DNA of 64,000 nt from Chrysomallon squamiferum (Eukaryota > Animalia > Mollusca): assembly GCA_012295275.1 (NCBI GenBank), contig CM022665.1:40982001-41046000 (forward strand). The letters run 5' to 3'. The notes under the pieces were generated by a model. The model saw nothing but the letters and a program-made list of their open reading frames with translations. It did no database searches and was not told the DNA's origin. Made by a program: the position numbers and the translations under genes. Below, piece after piece: positions 41,588-54,980 of the stretch; the first letter of the stretch is position 1, and each line of letters opens with the position of its first letter.

Positions 41588-42763
41588 TGTGTGTGTGGGT
41601 GGGTAAGGGTAGGTTTGGCTGTGGTTTTATGTCTGTGTGTTGCTATGTGTGTATCTCTGTGTGTGTATGTGTGTGTGTTTCTGCGTGTTAATGGAAGGTA
41701 TATATATCTATCTGTGTATCTGTGTGTCAGAGTGTATTTGTCACAAACATTTCCCTTCTGTGTATATATGTAAATGTGTTTGCATGTGTTTGTGTATGTG
41801 TGTGTCTATTTCTGTGCATGTTTATGGAAGATATAAATCTCTCTGTGTGTGTGTGTCTGTATGCAGTGAGTGTGTCTGTCACAGATCCTTCCCTTCTAGG
41901 TGTCTGTCTGTATGTATGTCTAAGTGAATATTTTTATTTTTATGTGTGTATATATGTATATATGTTTGCACATGTGTGTATGTATATCTGAAAGAGAAAG
42001 GGAGAACTTTAGACATGAACACAGAAAAAGAGAAACACACAGAAATAGAGAGTCAGAAATAATATATACACACACACACACACACACATATATGTATATG
42101 TGCTTTCTTTGATGATTGACTACATCAAGCTGTGATTCAATAAACAGGTTTATTAAGGCAATACGACTTACAGGATTTTGCCCTCTGTGCCAAAACATAC
42201 GTCACATGTTTATTAAAGCTTGGACTTTTCTATGGTCACAAATGTCAATATAACCTAAAATTGTCTTCTTATTAAAACAGGAGGCCATTAACCTGTCTCT
42301 GGGCTTCTTCTTTCTGTCTGCAGATTAAGCAGCAAGATTCTTGTCTTCAACACTGTCACAGAACAACCACATCATTAATACGTGTGTCCAGTACATGGGC
42401 TCACTGTGTGTGTTTAGACTACTTAACACATTTCTGGGTTGTAATCCTGGCTTTAATCTGATTGTAGATTTAGCTGGTAATTAGCATGGTGTATATGGGT
42501 GATTGAAAAAAAAAAAAAAAACTTTTTACAACTATGGTTAAATTTTTTTTAAATTCTGTGTCATTTTTTTTTTTTATATTATAATAATTGTTGTTATTGT
42601 TGTTGTTGTTGTTATTGTTTGCTATTTTATAATTATTATTTTATTTATTATTATTGTAATTTTTATTACTGTTATTTTCTTTTTTTAATTGTAATCCTTA
42701 TCATTGTTCATTTTTATTATTAACTTTATTATTTGTTATTATTATTATTAGTAGTAGTAGTAC

Positions 42764-42807
<44 letters not shown>

Positions 42808-42810
42808 ATA

Positions 42811-43010
42811 TTTATTTATGAGATAAAGTGGTTCAGTGGTTAGAGTATACAGATTAAGTACGATGGGTCATAAAACCAATCGTCCTCAGATCTTCTTTCC
42901 TGTTCCATTCAGTGTTTCCTTTCTAGTTTATCATGGTATATGCTCTCCAGCCAGTGAGAAGGTGTATATAAAATATACCTTGCTGCTGATTTAAAAAGAA
43001 TAGCCCATCA
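42811..43010 (+). mobile_element. Decayed SINE, 3'-truncated duplicate of the copy at 48021
   Basis: gtggttcagtggttagagt head through ccttgctgctgatttaaaaagaatagcccatca; colinear with 48021-48221. Confidence 0.85.
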
Positions 43011-43018
43011 AATATTTC

Positions 43019-43071
<53 letters not shown>

Positions 43072-43422
43072 TGATGTTTTCATTTTCTTTTCAATCTTCA
43101 TTTTTTTTTCTCTTCATTTCTTTTCTCTTTTTCTTTATTTACTTTCTCTTTTCCAACTTTAAATCTATTTTTCTTTATTTCCTTTTCATTTTAAATATTT
43201 AACTTTGGTTACAAGAACCATAAGGCAAATCCACAGAAGCAGCTGCTCTTACTTAACCCATATAAAAAAATTAACAGAACGGAATTACTAATGCTACAAA
43301 TACTTTTACTACCTTCATATTATTCAAGGTTTATGAACACAACATCTGACTTGATGGATTTTAAGTAATTGCTTTATGTCTATTACCCTGTAGCCTGAGT
43401 CCACCAAACTTTTAAACAAATT

Positions 43423-43645
43423 GGGACTGGGTGTAGTCCCATGGTTAGAGTATTCTTTTGAGATATACAAGGTTGTAAATCTGTTCTCTTGAGAATATCA
43501 GTTACACTATTTCTAATTGCAGCCTATGCCTTATGATTTTTTTCACATCTCTGGGAAGGGTATGATTTACTTACTGCTAGTCAATAAAAAAATATTCTAC
43601 TGTGTTGTAGCACAAGGTTTGTGTTTTATACCATTTTAAATAAAA
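43423..43645 (+). mobile_element. Highly decayed SINE
   Basis: gtgtagtcccatggttagagt head, then ctatttctaattgcagcc, tctctgggaaggg and ttactgcta. Confidence 0.55.
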
Positions 43646-45823
43646 GTAATGATGATGATGATGATAAATAAATAAATAAATAAATAAAAACACAATAAAC
43701 AACAACAATTTTATTTTATTTAATAACTTCAGGTTCCAGACCATACGTCTTCATTGAGAAAACTGATTTTTGAAGTCTCATTATTTAAACATTTTAAATT
43801 CAATTTTGTTTTCTTCTCTTTATTGTTTATTTTGTATTTTAAATATATACTGAGTTTTGCTTCATGAAAATGGAAACTCCTGATTAACTCTAGTTCCAAG
43901 TTTTCTGGATAAATAGTCTGGTGCTTGTGGCAGTATTACAATGTATAAAATAAATATCACTTCAATTTACAAATTGTCCTGCACTGCTTTTCAATTTATA
44001 TATGGGTTGCCCTGAGTCAAGTATCAAAATCAAAAGTAACCATAAGAATCACTTTAGTGCTACTAAATAATGTCATGGAAGTAACTTAGTAAAATCTAAT
44101 TGTTTTAAAAAGAATTTACATTTAAATTCACACATTATATTTAATAATAAAGCACATCCTCTTTACATCTGAAAGTAGATTAAAATTTTTTCAAATTAAA
44201 TTTGCTTGTAAAAAAATCAAAGTAAATAAAAGACAAAGCTAAATTAAAGTAGAAAATCAATGTTAAGAATACATTCTTAAAGATATTTAATTTAAAAACT
44301 GAACAGTGTAGTAATTAAATTAAATAGTTTTAACATTTTTTGTTCATACTAGATGTATATGATATAATAATATACATGTGTGTGTTTATATGAATTAAAA
44401 CAAAAATAATTATAATAACATAGAATTAAAATTTTAAAAAACTGAATTATAATAATCCAGGAAATGTTTTGTCTTTTTATTATTTATTTAATTCTTTTTT
44501 ACATTTTTAAACATTTCTTTTACTGACGTGATTTTTATATTATAAATTTAATTAATTTAAAAAAAAAACCTATCATTTTCTTAAATTTATTTAATAACTG
44601 ATTATTTTTATATATTTTTATACATCTAAATTTTAAACATTTGATTAAATTTATTTTCAAATATATATATTCCACTGAGAAATATTTTGATATTTAATAC
44701 CAGTTTTATTATTATTCATGATTAAAATATAATATAATATAAAAAAAGAATAAAGAAATCAATAAAGTTAATTAGATTAAGATAAATTTAAAAATAAAAT
44801 AAAACAGAAATAAACAAACAAGCAAACAAAAGCAAACAAGTAAAATAAATATAAGTTAAATTAAATTAAATTAATATAATAAGGTAAAATAAATTATAAA
44901 ACAAATCAGTAAAATACCCCATTCAGAAATATATTTATGTTTCATATGTGAGTAATGTTTTATTTAATGGTATTCTACAGAGAAAATAAAATAAATAAAT
45001 AAATATTAAAATGAAATGAAATAAAATATAATATAATATAATATAATAATAACAAAAAAAAAAAATATATATATTGTACTGAGAAATATATCTATATTTT
45101 ACAAAAGATTAAAAAAACAGTGTTTTTTTGTGTTTTGTTTTGTTTTGTTTTTGTGTTGTTGTTTGTTTGTTTTTTTTGCATTTTTTATTCTCCAGAGTAC
45201 TCAAACAGCAGTCAATCAAAAAAATCATTTATTGTCTCTAAGCAGCTCATAAACAAAGTACTGAAATCTGTAAGAAATTTTCTGTTATTTCATTACAGAT
45301 GTAGGTCCCAGAACACAAATATTCTTTTTTCTTTTAGTATAATTACATTTTAGCTAAGCCTGTAAATTTTGGTTAGTTTTTAATGATGTTTGTGTGTGTG
45401 TGTGTGTGTGTGTTTTTGTTGTTGTTGTTAGTGTTAGCATCAGTATACACAACTTTTATCTTTACTCAGAGTTTCACATTGGTTTCTTTATTTTTTTTAT
45501 TCACAGACACAATATTTTATTTCCTAAGCACTTGAGATTTTTCACAATCTCTTTCTTTCTACAATCTTTAACCCTCTTTAACTCAAGTTTACTCCATAAT
45601 TAAGTATTTTTTTCTGTATTTTTGTCAATAAAAGAAAGCTTCAGGGATCACCAGATTTCATTAAGCAATTTCATGATCAGCATCTTTAGTCCCATGAATC
45701 AATTACTGGAAATCTTTTGTACAGAAGATAAAAAAATGTATGACCATGTACATACATAATTAGGTACAAACCTTCATTAATTTTTATTTTATTTTTTATT
45801 TTTTTATTTTAATGTTTTCTTTT

Positions 45824-45856
<33 letters not shown>

Positions 45857-47908
45857 GTTTTGTGGTTAAAGTCAGCAAGAAATTTATTTTATTTTATTTT
45901 ATCTTTTTTTTTGTTCATTCTGTTGTATTCTCTGTGGAATAAGATTAGATATTAAACATGATTGACAATTGTTCAGTTTTTCATAGATAAATCTGAAATG
46001 CAGACAAATACATCTGCCTATCATAAGTAAAAATGGTTTTAATGTTGTTTTTTATTATTACTATTTAAATAATTTTCAACATTATTATTATTATTATTAT
46101 TATTTTTTTTTTTAATAGATGCAGTTTTCATTTTTAATTATTATCTCATGGTCAGAATATAACTTAAAGTACTTGACTCATTTTAGATTGTTTCAATATG
46201 ATGATGATGATAATAATGATGATGATTATGATTAATATCCAGATGATGGTGATAATGATTATGACCGATGTGATGGATTAATTATAAAGTTTTAAGAAAT
46301 ATATAAATAATAATAATAATAATAGCAAACAAAAGAATAAATAATAATGAAATAAATAAGTATATTGGAATCATAATTAAATAACAAAAATATATAAATC
46401 AGTAATAATAATATGAACATGAATAAATAATTTATAATTATATATATGCTGAAAGGGCAATGTCTTTAGTTTATAAATTAAAAAAAATATATATTTTTTT
46501 TTATAATTTATGTATTAACAATTTTTTATATTTTATATATTTGTCAAAAATGAAACAAATCATAAAGCTAATAATAAAAAAAATTGTTAACAGCTGAATT
46601 AAAAAAAAAAAAAAACATAAAAAAAAAAAAAAAAATTATATAAACTAAACTAGGTAAGTCATTGCCCTTTCTGTGAAGTAGGTACTCAATCAAAACAGAA
46701 TTCCGCATCAAGCTAATTATTTCTATAATGTTTTGCACGTACAAATCAGCAAAGATTTACAATGTCATTGTGCAGTCACTCGTAACCTTGACATACAAAA
46801 ATGTCTATATCTTGCATCACAATATATGGATTTTATGGATGAAAATGTTCCCATTTACCTCCATTAATATACACCATTTGAGAATGTGCACTGAAGATAT
46901 AAATAAAACTGAAGAGGTTAAATTCATTACAGTAACAATGTTGTGAAACTACTTTATTGTTACATTCTTAGTAAATCATTGATTGTATGTGGATGAAAAG
47001 TGATATGAATCTGGGTTTAAAAATGTTTTCATTTTCAAGTTTGCATTTTGTTTTAACATTTAATTGATAGAAGTGTTATTATTATTACTGTATTATTGTT
47101 GTTATTATTGTTAGTAGTAGTTGTAGTAGTAGTAGTAGTAGTTGCAGTAGCTGTGGTAGTATCTTTTCTTTCCTTTTTTTGAAATAATTAGAGTGAAAGC
47201 AAATAAATAAAATTAAGTAGAAATGGAATTTATAAAGTTAAATTTCTTTATTCTTTTAAGCAATAAAACAGGAAAGCAAAAAAAAAAAAAATGAAATAAA
47301 ATGAAATAATATAAAATAAATTAAAAAATAATTAAATAAGTAAATAAATTAAATAAATAAATACATTTTTAAAACTAACACAAAAACAACCAAAATGAAA
47401 CCAGTAAAAAATGTTTTAAAAAGTAAAATGACAGTAGCTGGTGGTTAATTAAAATAATTATATAGGGAAAACAGAAAACTGATGACATTTAAAACACATT
47501 AATTCAAAATCTAAAAGCTGCAAAAACAAAAGAAAAAAAAAAAAGAAAATTAAATTAAATTAAATTAAAAAAAATAACAAAGAAAGAAAGAAAAAATCAG
47601 ATAAGAGATGAGTAAAATAGCATTAGTTAGAATTGGAAAATACCCAGTGAGCCAGTTGAAATGAGTTACTCCTATAATCAATTATGTTCCTACTAAATGT
47701 CTATTGTCCGTTTAAGCAACAGCAAATGAAATTTTAAATTTGATTTCATCTGAATTTCTTTAACCATAAAACTGTAAACATCTTTTTTCATTCTCCATTT
47801 CTTTTCTTTTTTTCTTACATTATTTAGAAAATAAAGTGTTTACTTCTTTTTCTTTTTTTTTATTTCTTTACTTTATTTTATTTTCTAATATTATTTTGGA
47901 AATAAAAT

Positions 47909-47943
<35 letters not shown>

Positions 47944-48020
47944 TAAAATAATATTTTATTCCTAAATGTTCTGTTCCTTATGAGCATACATTATGTTTGA
48001 ATTTTTTAAAATTTTATTTA

Positions 48021-48270
48021 TTTATTTATGAGATAAAGTGGTTCAAGTGGTTAGAGTATACAGATTAAGTATGATGGTTCATGAAACCAATCCTCCTTAG
48101 ATCTCATTTCCTGTTCCATCCAATGTTCCCATTCTAGTTTATCATGGAATATGCTCTCCAGCCAGTGGGAAGGTGTATATAAAATATACCTTGCTGCTGA
48201 TTTAAAAAGAGTAGCCCATCAATAACAGCATCAGATTTCCTCTCTTCATCTGTGTAGTCTTTCACCATAA
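48021..48270 (+). mobile_element. Decayed near-full-length SINE
   Basis: tRNA-like head, core gtgggaaggtgtatataaaatataccttgctgctga...aaagagtagcccat, and 3' part tttcctctc...atctgtgtagtctttcaccata. Confidence 0.85.
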
Positions 48271-48340
48271 TTTTTATTTATTTATTTATTTATTTATTTA
48301 TTATTTATTTATTTATTTATTATTATTACTATTATTATTA

Positions 48341-48373
<33 letters not shown>

Positions 48374-50265
48374 TGTTCTATTGGCCCAGAAAAAGAATAA
48401 GAATATACATGATTTCATAAAGCTTAGATTAAAAATAAAAAGCTTCCTTTACAGTTATGTTTTTCTGTAGTGAGAATGCATTTGCAGAAGAATATTATTA
48501 ACCTGTTGATATGCTTGTAAATGTTTTGTGAGTCTTATTAATAAAGAAATTTAATAACAAAATTTCAAAATTATTAGTAATAACAGTACTGATTTGACAC
48601 TTAACAAGATGTGCACGATTCCTAAATGAAAAGCTAAAATTTGTTTATAAGATAATTTTTGTGTTTTACTCCTTAATTCTTTTTCTATTTTGAATTTAGT
48701 AAATGTATGTAAAAATATTTTAAAATATGTTGGTAATTTTGCTGTAATGATTGCCATTATTAATCACAAAAGGAAATTTAATTAAAATTTCTAAGAATAT
48801 TTCTTTATTAATAAATAATATTAGATATTGATTTAGAAGTTGATTAAAATGTTTATTTTTAGTTATTAGACAGAAATTGCCAATCTAATTTTTGAATCTA
48901 TGTTTTGTTTGTTTAATTTTTATAATAAGGAAATTAAAAGCATAAATTTGATTGACCAGAATATTTAAAAATAATTTTTTTACATCATCATCATCATCAT
49001 TATTATTATAGTTACCATCATCGTCAATATTTTTATTATTATTATTCTCAGTATCATCAACAATATCATTATTATCATCAACATCATCTCACCATCAGAA
49101 AGTCAAGAAAAAACAGTTCAAAAATATTTTCTATATCACTCATCCCAGATAATGAATGGAATCCATTAATTAAAAAAACAAAACAAATCTTCATTATTAA
49201 AAGGAATCCATTAAAACCAGAAATATAAAAATATTTCCCATGCCAGTTTTGACATTAACATGTTTCAAAACTGTGAATTGTTAAAAATACTGACAAAAGA
49301 AACATTAAAAATTATTACAGCCTACAGCAAGAGATAAATATATAAACAAATAAAATAAAATCACCACAAAACATTTAAAAACTAGTAATATTTTAATTAG
49401 TCTTCTATCTGTAACATTAAGAATTATTACTGTTCCTAGAATACTAGAATTCCGTTTCTGTTGCATGTTTTCTAATTACTTAAATGATGAAAATACTTTG
49501 TCTATTGAAAATTTATGCTAATATTAAAATATCAAAAGTGTGTCACCTTTGATAGATCAATGTAGGTTTAATGAAGAGATCTACTAAAATAACATAACTG
49601 GTTTTCATCTGCTGAATAAATTCAGAAGTCTTGTTTTTGTGTAACATTTGTTAAAAACTGGTTCATTATTTTAATTATCTATTTTCAGTTTATGTTTTTT
49701 TTTTTTTTTTTTTTTTGAAGGCTTCATTAATAGATAGATTTATATTTGTATCCATTGTGGTTTTTTGCTTTTATATAAAGTATTTTTTTTATTATTAATG
49801 CAAATTCTTTTATGTTTTTTTTTTTAGCTTTCCTTTTATTTATTTTTTTATAATAGACATTTTGTTGAAGGATTTATTAACAATTTTATAATTAATATTT
49901 TTTTCAAAAATAAAAATCCAAAAATAATTGTGAAGTATATTTTATTTGTCACCTAAATGAATCTGTTATATAAACTAAACATTTAAAAAATTATTTTACA
50001 CAAGGAAGTATTAATTTGTTCTTTTTTTTTTTTTTTTTTTTTTTTAATTATACATATTTATTTATTTAGTCTGTTTTTCCTTTGTTTTTGTTTCCTGATT
50101 TTTATTTTTTTTTTTTTTTAATTTATAAATTCTTTTTAATCATTTTATTTTTTGTCTTCAAATTTTTATTGTCTTTATTAAATAATAGCAATCTGGATTA
50201 ATTTTAATAAATCCTCAATTTGACATGAAATGTTTTCATATTTTGACAACTAATTTTTGCATTCT

Positions 50266-50298
<33 letters not shown>

Positions 50299-50527
50299 GT
50301 TATTGTTATTTATTTTCATTGCTGTTACAGTTAGTGTGGATGCTGATTTTTATTACTTTTATGTTTCCTGATGGAGAAAAAGGAGAGTTTTTATTTTTAT
50401 CTGTGAAAGCTTTTTATTTTCTTCTCTTCCTTTCACAAGAACAAAATTACTTCCCTTGTTTCATGACAGGAAGCTAAAAATACCTTGTTCATGAAAACAG
50501 TGATTACCATTTCTTTTAATTTTAATA

Positions 50528-50632
50528 GACATAATTTGAAATAACTACATCTCTTAATATTAATTAAATATAATTTCACATAAACACATCTTTTGATATT
50601 AATTAAACATAATTTGGGATAACCACATTTTT
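50528..50632. repeat. ~40-bp tandem repeat, about 2.5 copies
   Basis: ataatttNNNataaNNacatctYttRatattaattaaa units. Confidence 0.75.
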
Positions 50633-51439
50633 CAATAAAAATGAAAAAATATTTTGAATTTTGACTTCTAATTTTGTTCATCACATATAAACATGTAATA
50701 GCTAGAGACTGTGTTTATTACTCAAATTAACATAATTAACATCTCTGTTCGTTCGTAATAAGCAGATTTAAGGGCTTATTTTTAAGCCATATTATGAATT
50801 TCCTTAAAGAGTTATGGAACAACAATCCGGTACATTTGTTTTGCTATATCTGAAGGATAGTTTTATTCAGTGTTTAATTATATTCATCACCGTAAGAAAT
50901 ATCCTTTCATCTGTTTCTCAACTTTCTGCAATGAAAAAAAACAAAACATGGCTGACTTTGGCTATTTTTCATATTCACATTATCTTACTGCTCCTTAACC
51001 ATAACTATCTATGATATAATATAACCATAGATTAAACAAATATGATGAGAAAGTCATTAAATAAAACATTTTTTACATCTTTCCAATTAAAATAAACAAA
51101 GTATTCCATTATTTTTATGGGTATTTTACAAAACCAGCCATCTTTATTTTATTTTATTTTTTTAAATCCATTTCATCTTCTTTCCTCTGGCAATTTTCCC
51201 TTATCACTTTCTTTCATTACTAACTAAGAATTATGGAGCTATCTGAACAACATTAGAACCTTCCTAAAGAATCTGAGAAGATCTTCTTTAATAATCTATT
51301 TGATTATATCTGTCAATAAAAAGAGATATTACCTTAATACAAGCTATAATACCGAGCTGTAATGACGAGTACTTGATGTATTTGTACAAACTCCAGATCC
51401 ATGTCAAGTGAAATTATTACAGAGCCAAAGATCCTGGTG

Positions 51440-52045
51440 TATTTGTGTTTTAAAGGAGTGAATGAGGATGTATTTGAGGAATAAATAGTTTTTTATATAT
51501 TTTAGCTGAATGGGTAATGATTTTCATGTATATGTTCGGAACAAATGAACGCAGTTTGTTCTGTATGTGTTTACTGAATGGGTAATCCCATTTTCTCGTA
51601 TTTAGGGAATACAACTGAATGAGTTTGTTTCATGTGAATTTAAGGAATAAATATGTTTCTTATGTGTTTACTGAATGGATTAACTATTTCATGTGTTTAA
51701 TGAATGAATGAATGAATGGGAATTTAAGGAACAAATATGTTTCTTATGTGTTTATGGAATACGTGCCTATTTTGTGTGTATAAAGAAGTTAATTCATTAT
51801 TTCTTTAATGTGTTTAATGAATGAACAGCAATTTTAAATGTCTTTAAGGAATGGTTGAATGTGCTCTGTGTGTGTTAAGAAACAAATGGGTGACTGATAT
51901 GTGTTTGAGGATGATTGTTTAATAAATGTTGAAGTACTGGGTGGGTGATTTTAATACATATTTAAGGAATTTGTGGGTGACTAATATGTGTTTAAGGAAT
52001 TGGTAAGTAACTGTTGAAAGTTTGTTTAAGGAATAGGTAGGTGAT
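51440..52045. repeat. Degenerate ~28-30 bp tandem repeat
   Basis: Recurrent tgtgtttaaggaat and tgtgtttactgaatgg modules. Confidence 0.75.
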
Positions 52046-53797
52046 CTATAAGAGTAAATCATACAATGGCAACAGTTTTCTTTAATGTTATAATAATAGA
52101 AATAAGCATGTATTCTGGGGCAGGTGTTATTGTTTGAAATTAATACTATTTTTCTATTGTTTATCCTATAAAACAAATTTCATATGATTAAGCATTAATT
52201 CTTTCATTAATTTAATTTACCAATATTCATATTTTATATTAATTCCTTAAATATATATTCAAGTCCCCCACCAATTAATATATGTATCTTTATATATATA
52301 TATATATATTACTTTACTTTTTGTATGTATTTTAACACACAGTTAACTTCAGTTTCACTGTTTTATGGTTTATTCAACCAACATTCACATAGCATTTCCA
52401 TTTTGTTTTGTTTTTAAATTATCTCCATGCACAATACGCTGGACTTATTGCTACTGTTTCAAGTGTTACGGCTCAAAGGATGACAGCCTTTTTGTACTAA
52501 CACTCATCAAAAATAATCTAAAATAATGGACAATGAACTTAACATAATAGCACTGGTTTGAAAGGCTGGCTAATGAAGTGAAATATCACAGTTCACATAG
52601 TTCTTTTCTCTGTTTTGAGAAAGCTGTGTGCGAGTGTTTGTTAATTTTTCAGCATGTGCTGTTGTTTTTTGTGCATAAAAGAGAATTGAGTGAATAGAAT
52701 AACACACAACCATTTGAGAGATGATTCTTCATGAAAAATAAATTATAAGTACAGGTCCCAGCAGAGATAAAAATGCTTATTAAAAAAAAAAAAAAAAAAT
52801 TTTGTTTTGGCAACTTTGGTGCATTTATGTTAGTTTGAGAAACTAATTAAAGGACATTCTGTGGAACAGACACATTTTAGTAGACAATAGTTGCTTATAT
52901 GTCTGTATGTATTCATGTGACTTATCAGACTGCTCATGGAAAATATTTGAAAATGCAAAAAGAAAAAGGCTTTTTATTAATACTTTGTCACCTATTGCTT
53001 GAAATAATGACACCAAAACAAACAGTTTAATGGTGGTTTAATATATGTCTAAAATCATGGAAAATAATTGTCACAGTTCATAAAACATACTGTTCTATTT
53101 CTTATGTCAGTTTTTTTTTTTTTTAAATGTTCATATTTGTGTGTATATAACTGCGTATTTAACTATATACCTGTCTTTCTGAATGTTTAATTATGTATTA
53201 TTATACTAAATATATAAATTTGAAACCAATTTTTGTTCAGTTTGTTTGTTAAGTTTTATTTATTTTTTTATTTTTTTTTAAATTCAGAAAGATTATTGAA
53301 AAAAATAGTAGTAATTTACAATATAAAAAAAAAACCTTAAAAGTACAGTTATGTCTAAGCTCAAGGAGAAAGCAATCATTACTTATTTTTTTTATTTCAA
53401 AATTATTATCATCATCATTTCTAAAAAACAAAACAAACAACAAACAAACCTTTATTCATCTGAATTCTTTTTACCATTGATACCATGGCTGTGAGATAAT
53501 CAAATGTATTACATTCAAGAAAAACGTTTTTTAAAAAGAAAGAAGGAAAGGAAATGGTTTTTATGCATCTAATGAAGATGGAGCTTAGCACGGAAAACAT
53601 AGCCATTGTTGAATGTATTATGAGGAATTACATCACATGCAAAGAAGTTTCTTTCCTTTTATATGCACAATTCAAAGACAAATGTCTTTGTTTTCCCAGA
53701 TTTAAAAAAATAATAATAATAATTATGTTTTTTTCTTTTCATTCTTTTTACTTACTCATCTTCAGTTCTTTCTTAAAAATAGTCATTCTAAATCCAT

Positions 53798-53840
<43 letters not shown>

Positions 53841-54621
53841 CTGTTGTTTAGTTTTTAAACATCTTTGTTTTTGAGCATAACCACCACTGATTTTGTGTGT
53901 TTTTTTGTGTGTTTTTTTTCATTTGTTTCTTTTTCTTTTTTTTTTTCTTTCTTTTTTTTTGTTTTGGTTAAAAGTTTATGTGAGGATTATTGTGCTGTTA
54001 TTTTTAAGTGTTTTAAATTAATATATTTTTTTTTTAATTATAAATGAAAGTTAGAAACTATTTTAATTCATCATATATTAAGTCAATTTCTTCTTCTTCC
54101 TCTTTTTCTATTTCTTAATTTTTTAAAATTTTAAATATTTTTTAATTTTTATTGTTTATTTATTTTTATTTATTTTTTTATTTAAAATTATTATTTTATT
54201 TTATTTTTATAAATCATTCGTGTAATTCATCAGACAGAACTGTTTGTTCTTTCTTCTATTCAGTGAGAAAAAAAGAACATGGTAAAATGGAGAAAAGTGA
54301 ATGATTAAATCAATATATATTTTTATTACAACAGTAAAATGACTAAAAAAAAGAAGAAGAGAAAAAATTTTCTAAATGTGCATTTAATCACTGTTATACT
54401 ATTCACATTTTTAAATTTGTATATCTTTTTTTTTATATGTTAGACTTGAAATAAAATATTATGACTTACAGATAATAACAAAATGTTTCTTAATGTTTTT
54501 CTTTTTTATGTAAAGGAACAATACAATATCTGACATACATATTATGTACTTTTGTAAACAAATAGACCATATGCAATGTTTATAAGATGTAAACATCCAG
54601 GAATATATATCTCATTGAAAA

Positions 54622-54660
<39 letters not shown>

Positions 54661-54776
54661 GAATAAAAAAGAAAACTTACACACACACACACACACACAC
54701 ACAAACAAACATACATACACTGTAGACATCATCACAAATCCACTCTGTACTTTAGTACAACAACAAAATAGTCTTC

Positions 54777-54980
54777 ATTTGTCCATATTTAGAATGCTCT
54801 ATTTACCTAAGTTACAAGGCCAAATTTAAAAATATGTTTATCGTTTTGAAAATTAATCTTGTTTCTCCATTCAATACTTCGAATTGAGTAGGTATGAAAA
54901 TAGATAATTTCAACACTGGGCTATTGACGATTGTTAAACGAATTAGAAAAAAATCTTTACCAGACACTTTCTTAATGAAA
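54777..54980 (-). repeat. Right arm of long-range inverted repeat (partner 29933-30135)
   Basis: atttgtccatatttagaatgctc...ccagacactttcttaatgaaa is the reverse complement of the left arm. Confidence 0.97.

Noticed and set aside
43384-43405. miR-10-like start (taccctgtag)
   Set aside because: It diverges after 10 nt and there is no hairpin partner.
46651-46660. Consensus donor AG|GTAAGT
   Set aside because: The upstream sequence is poly-A and low-complexity, with no plausible exon or pyrimidine tract.
29933-54980. Terminal inverted repeats of a giant transposon (Polinton/Maverick type)
   Set aside because: There is no target-site duplication and no polymerase, integrase or capsid ORF remnant inside. 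The interior has the same old SINE/microsatellite landscape as the flanks.
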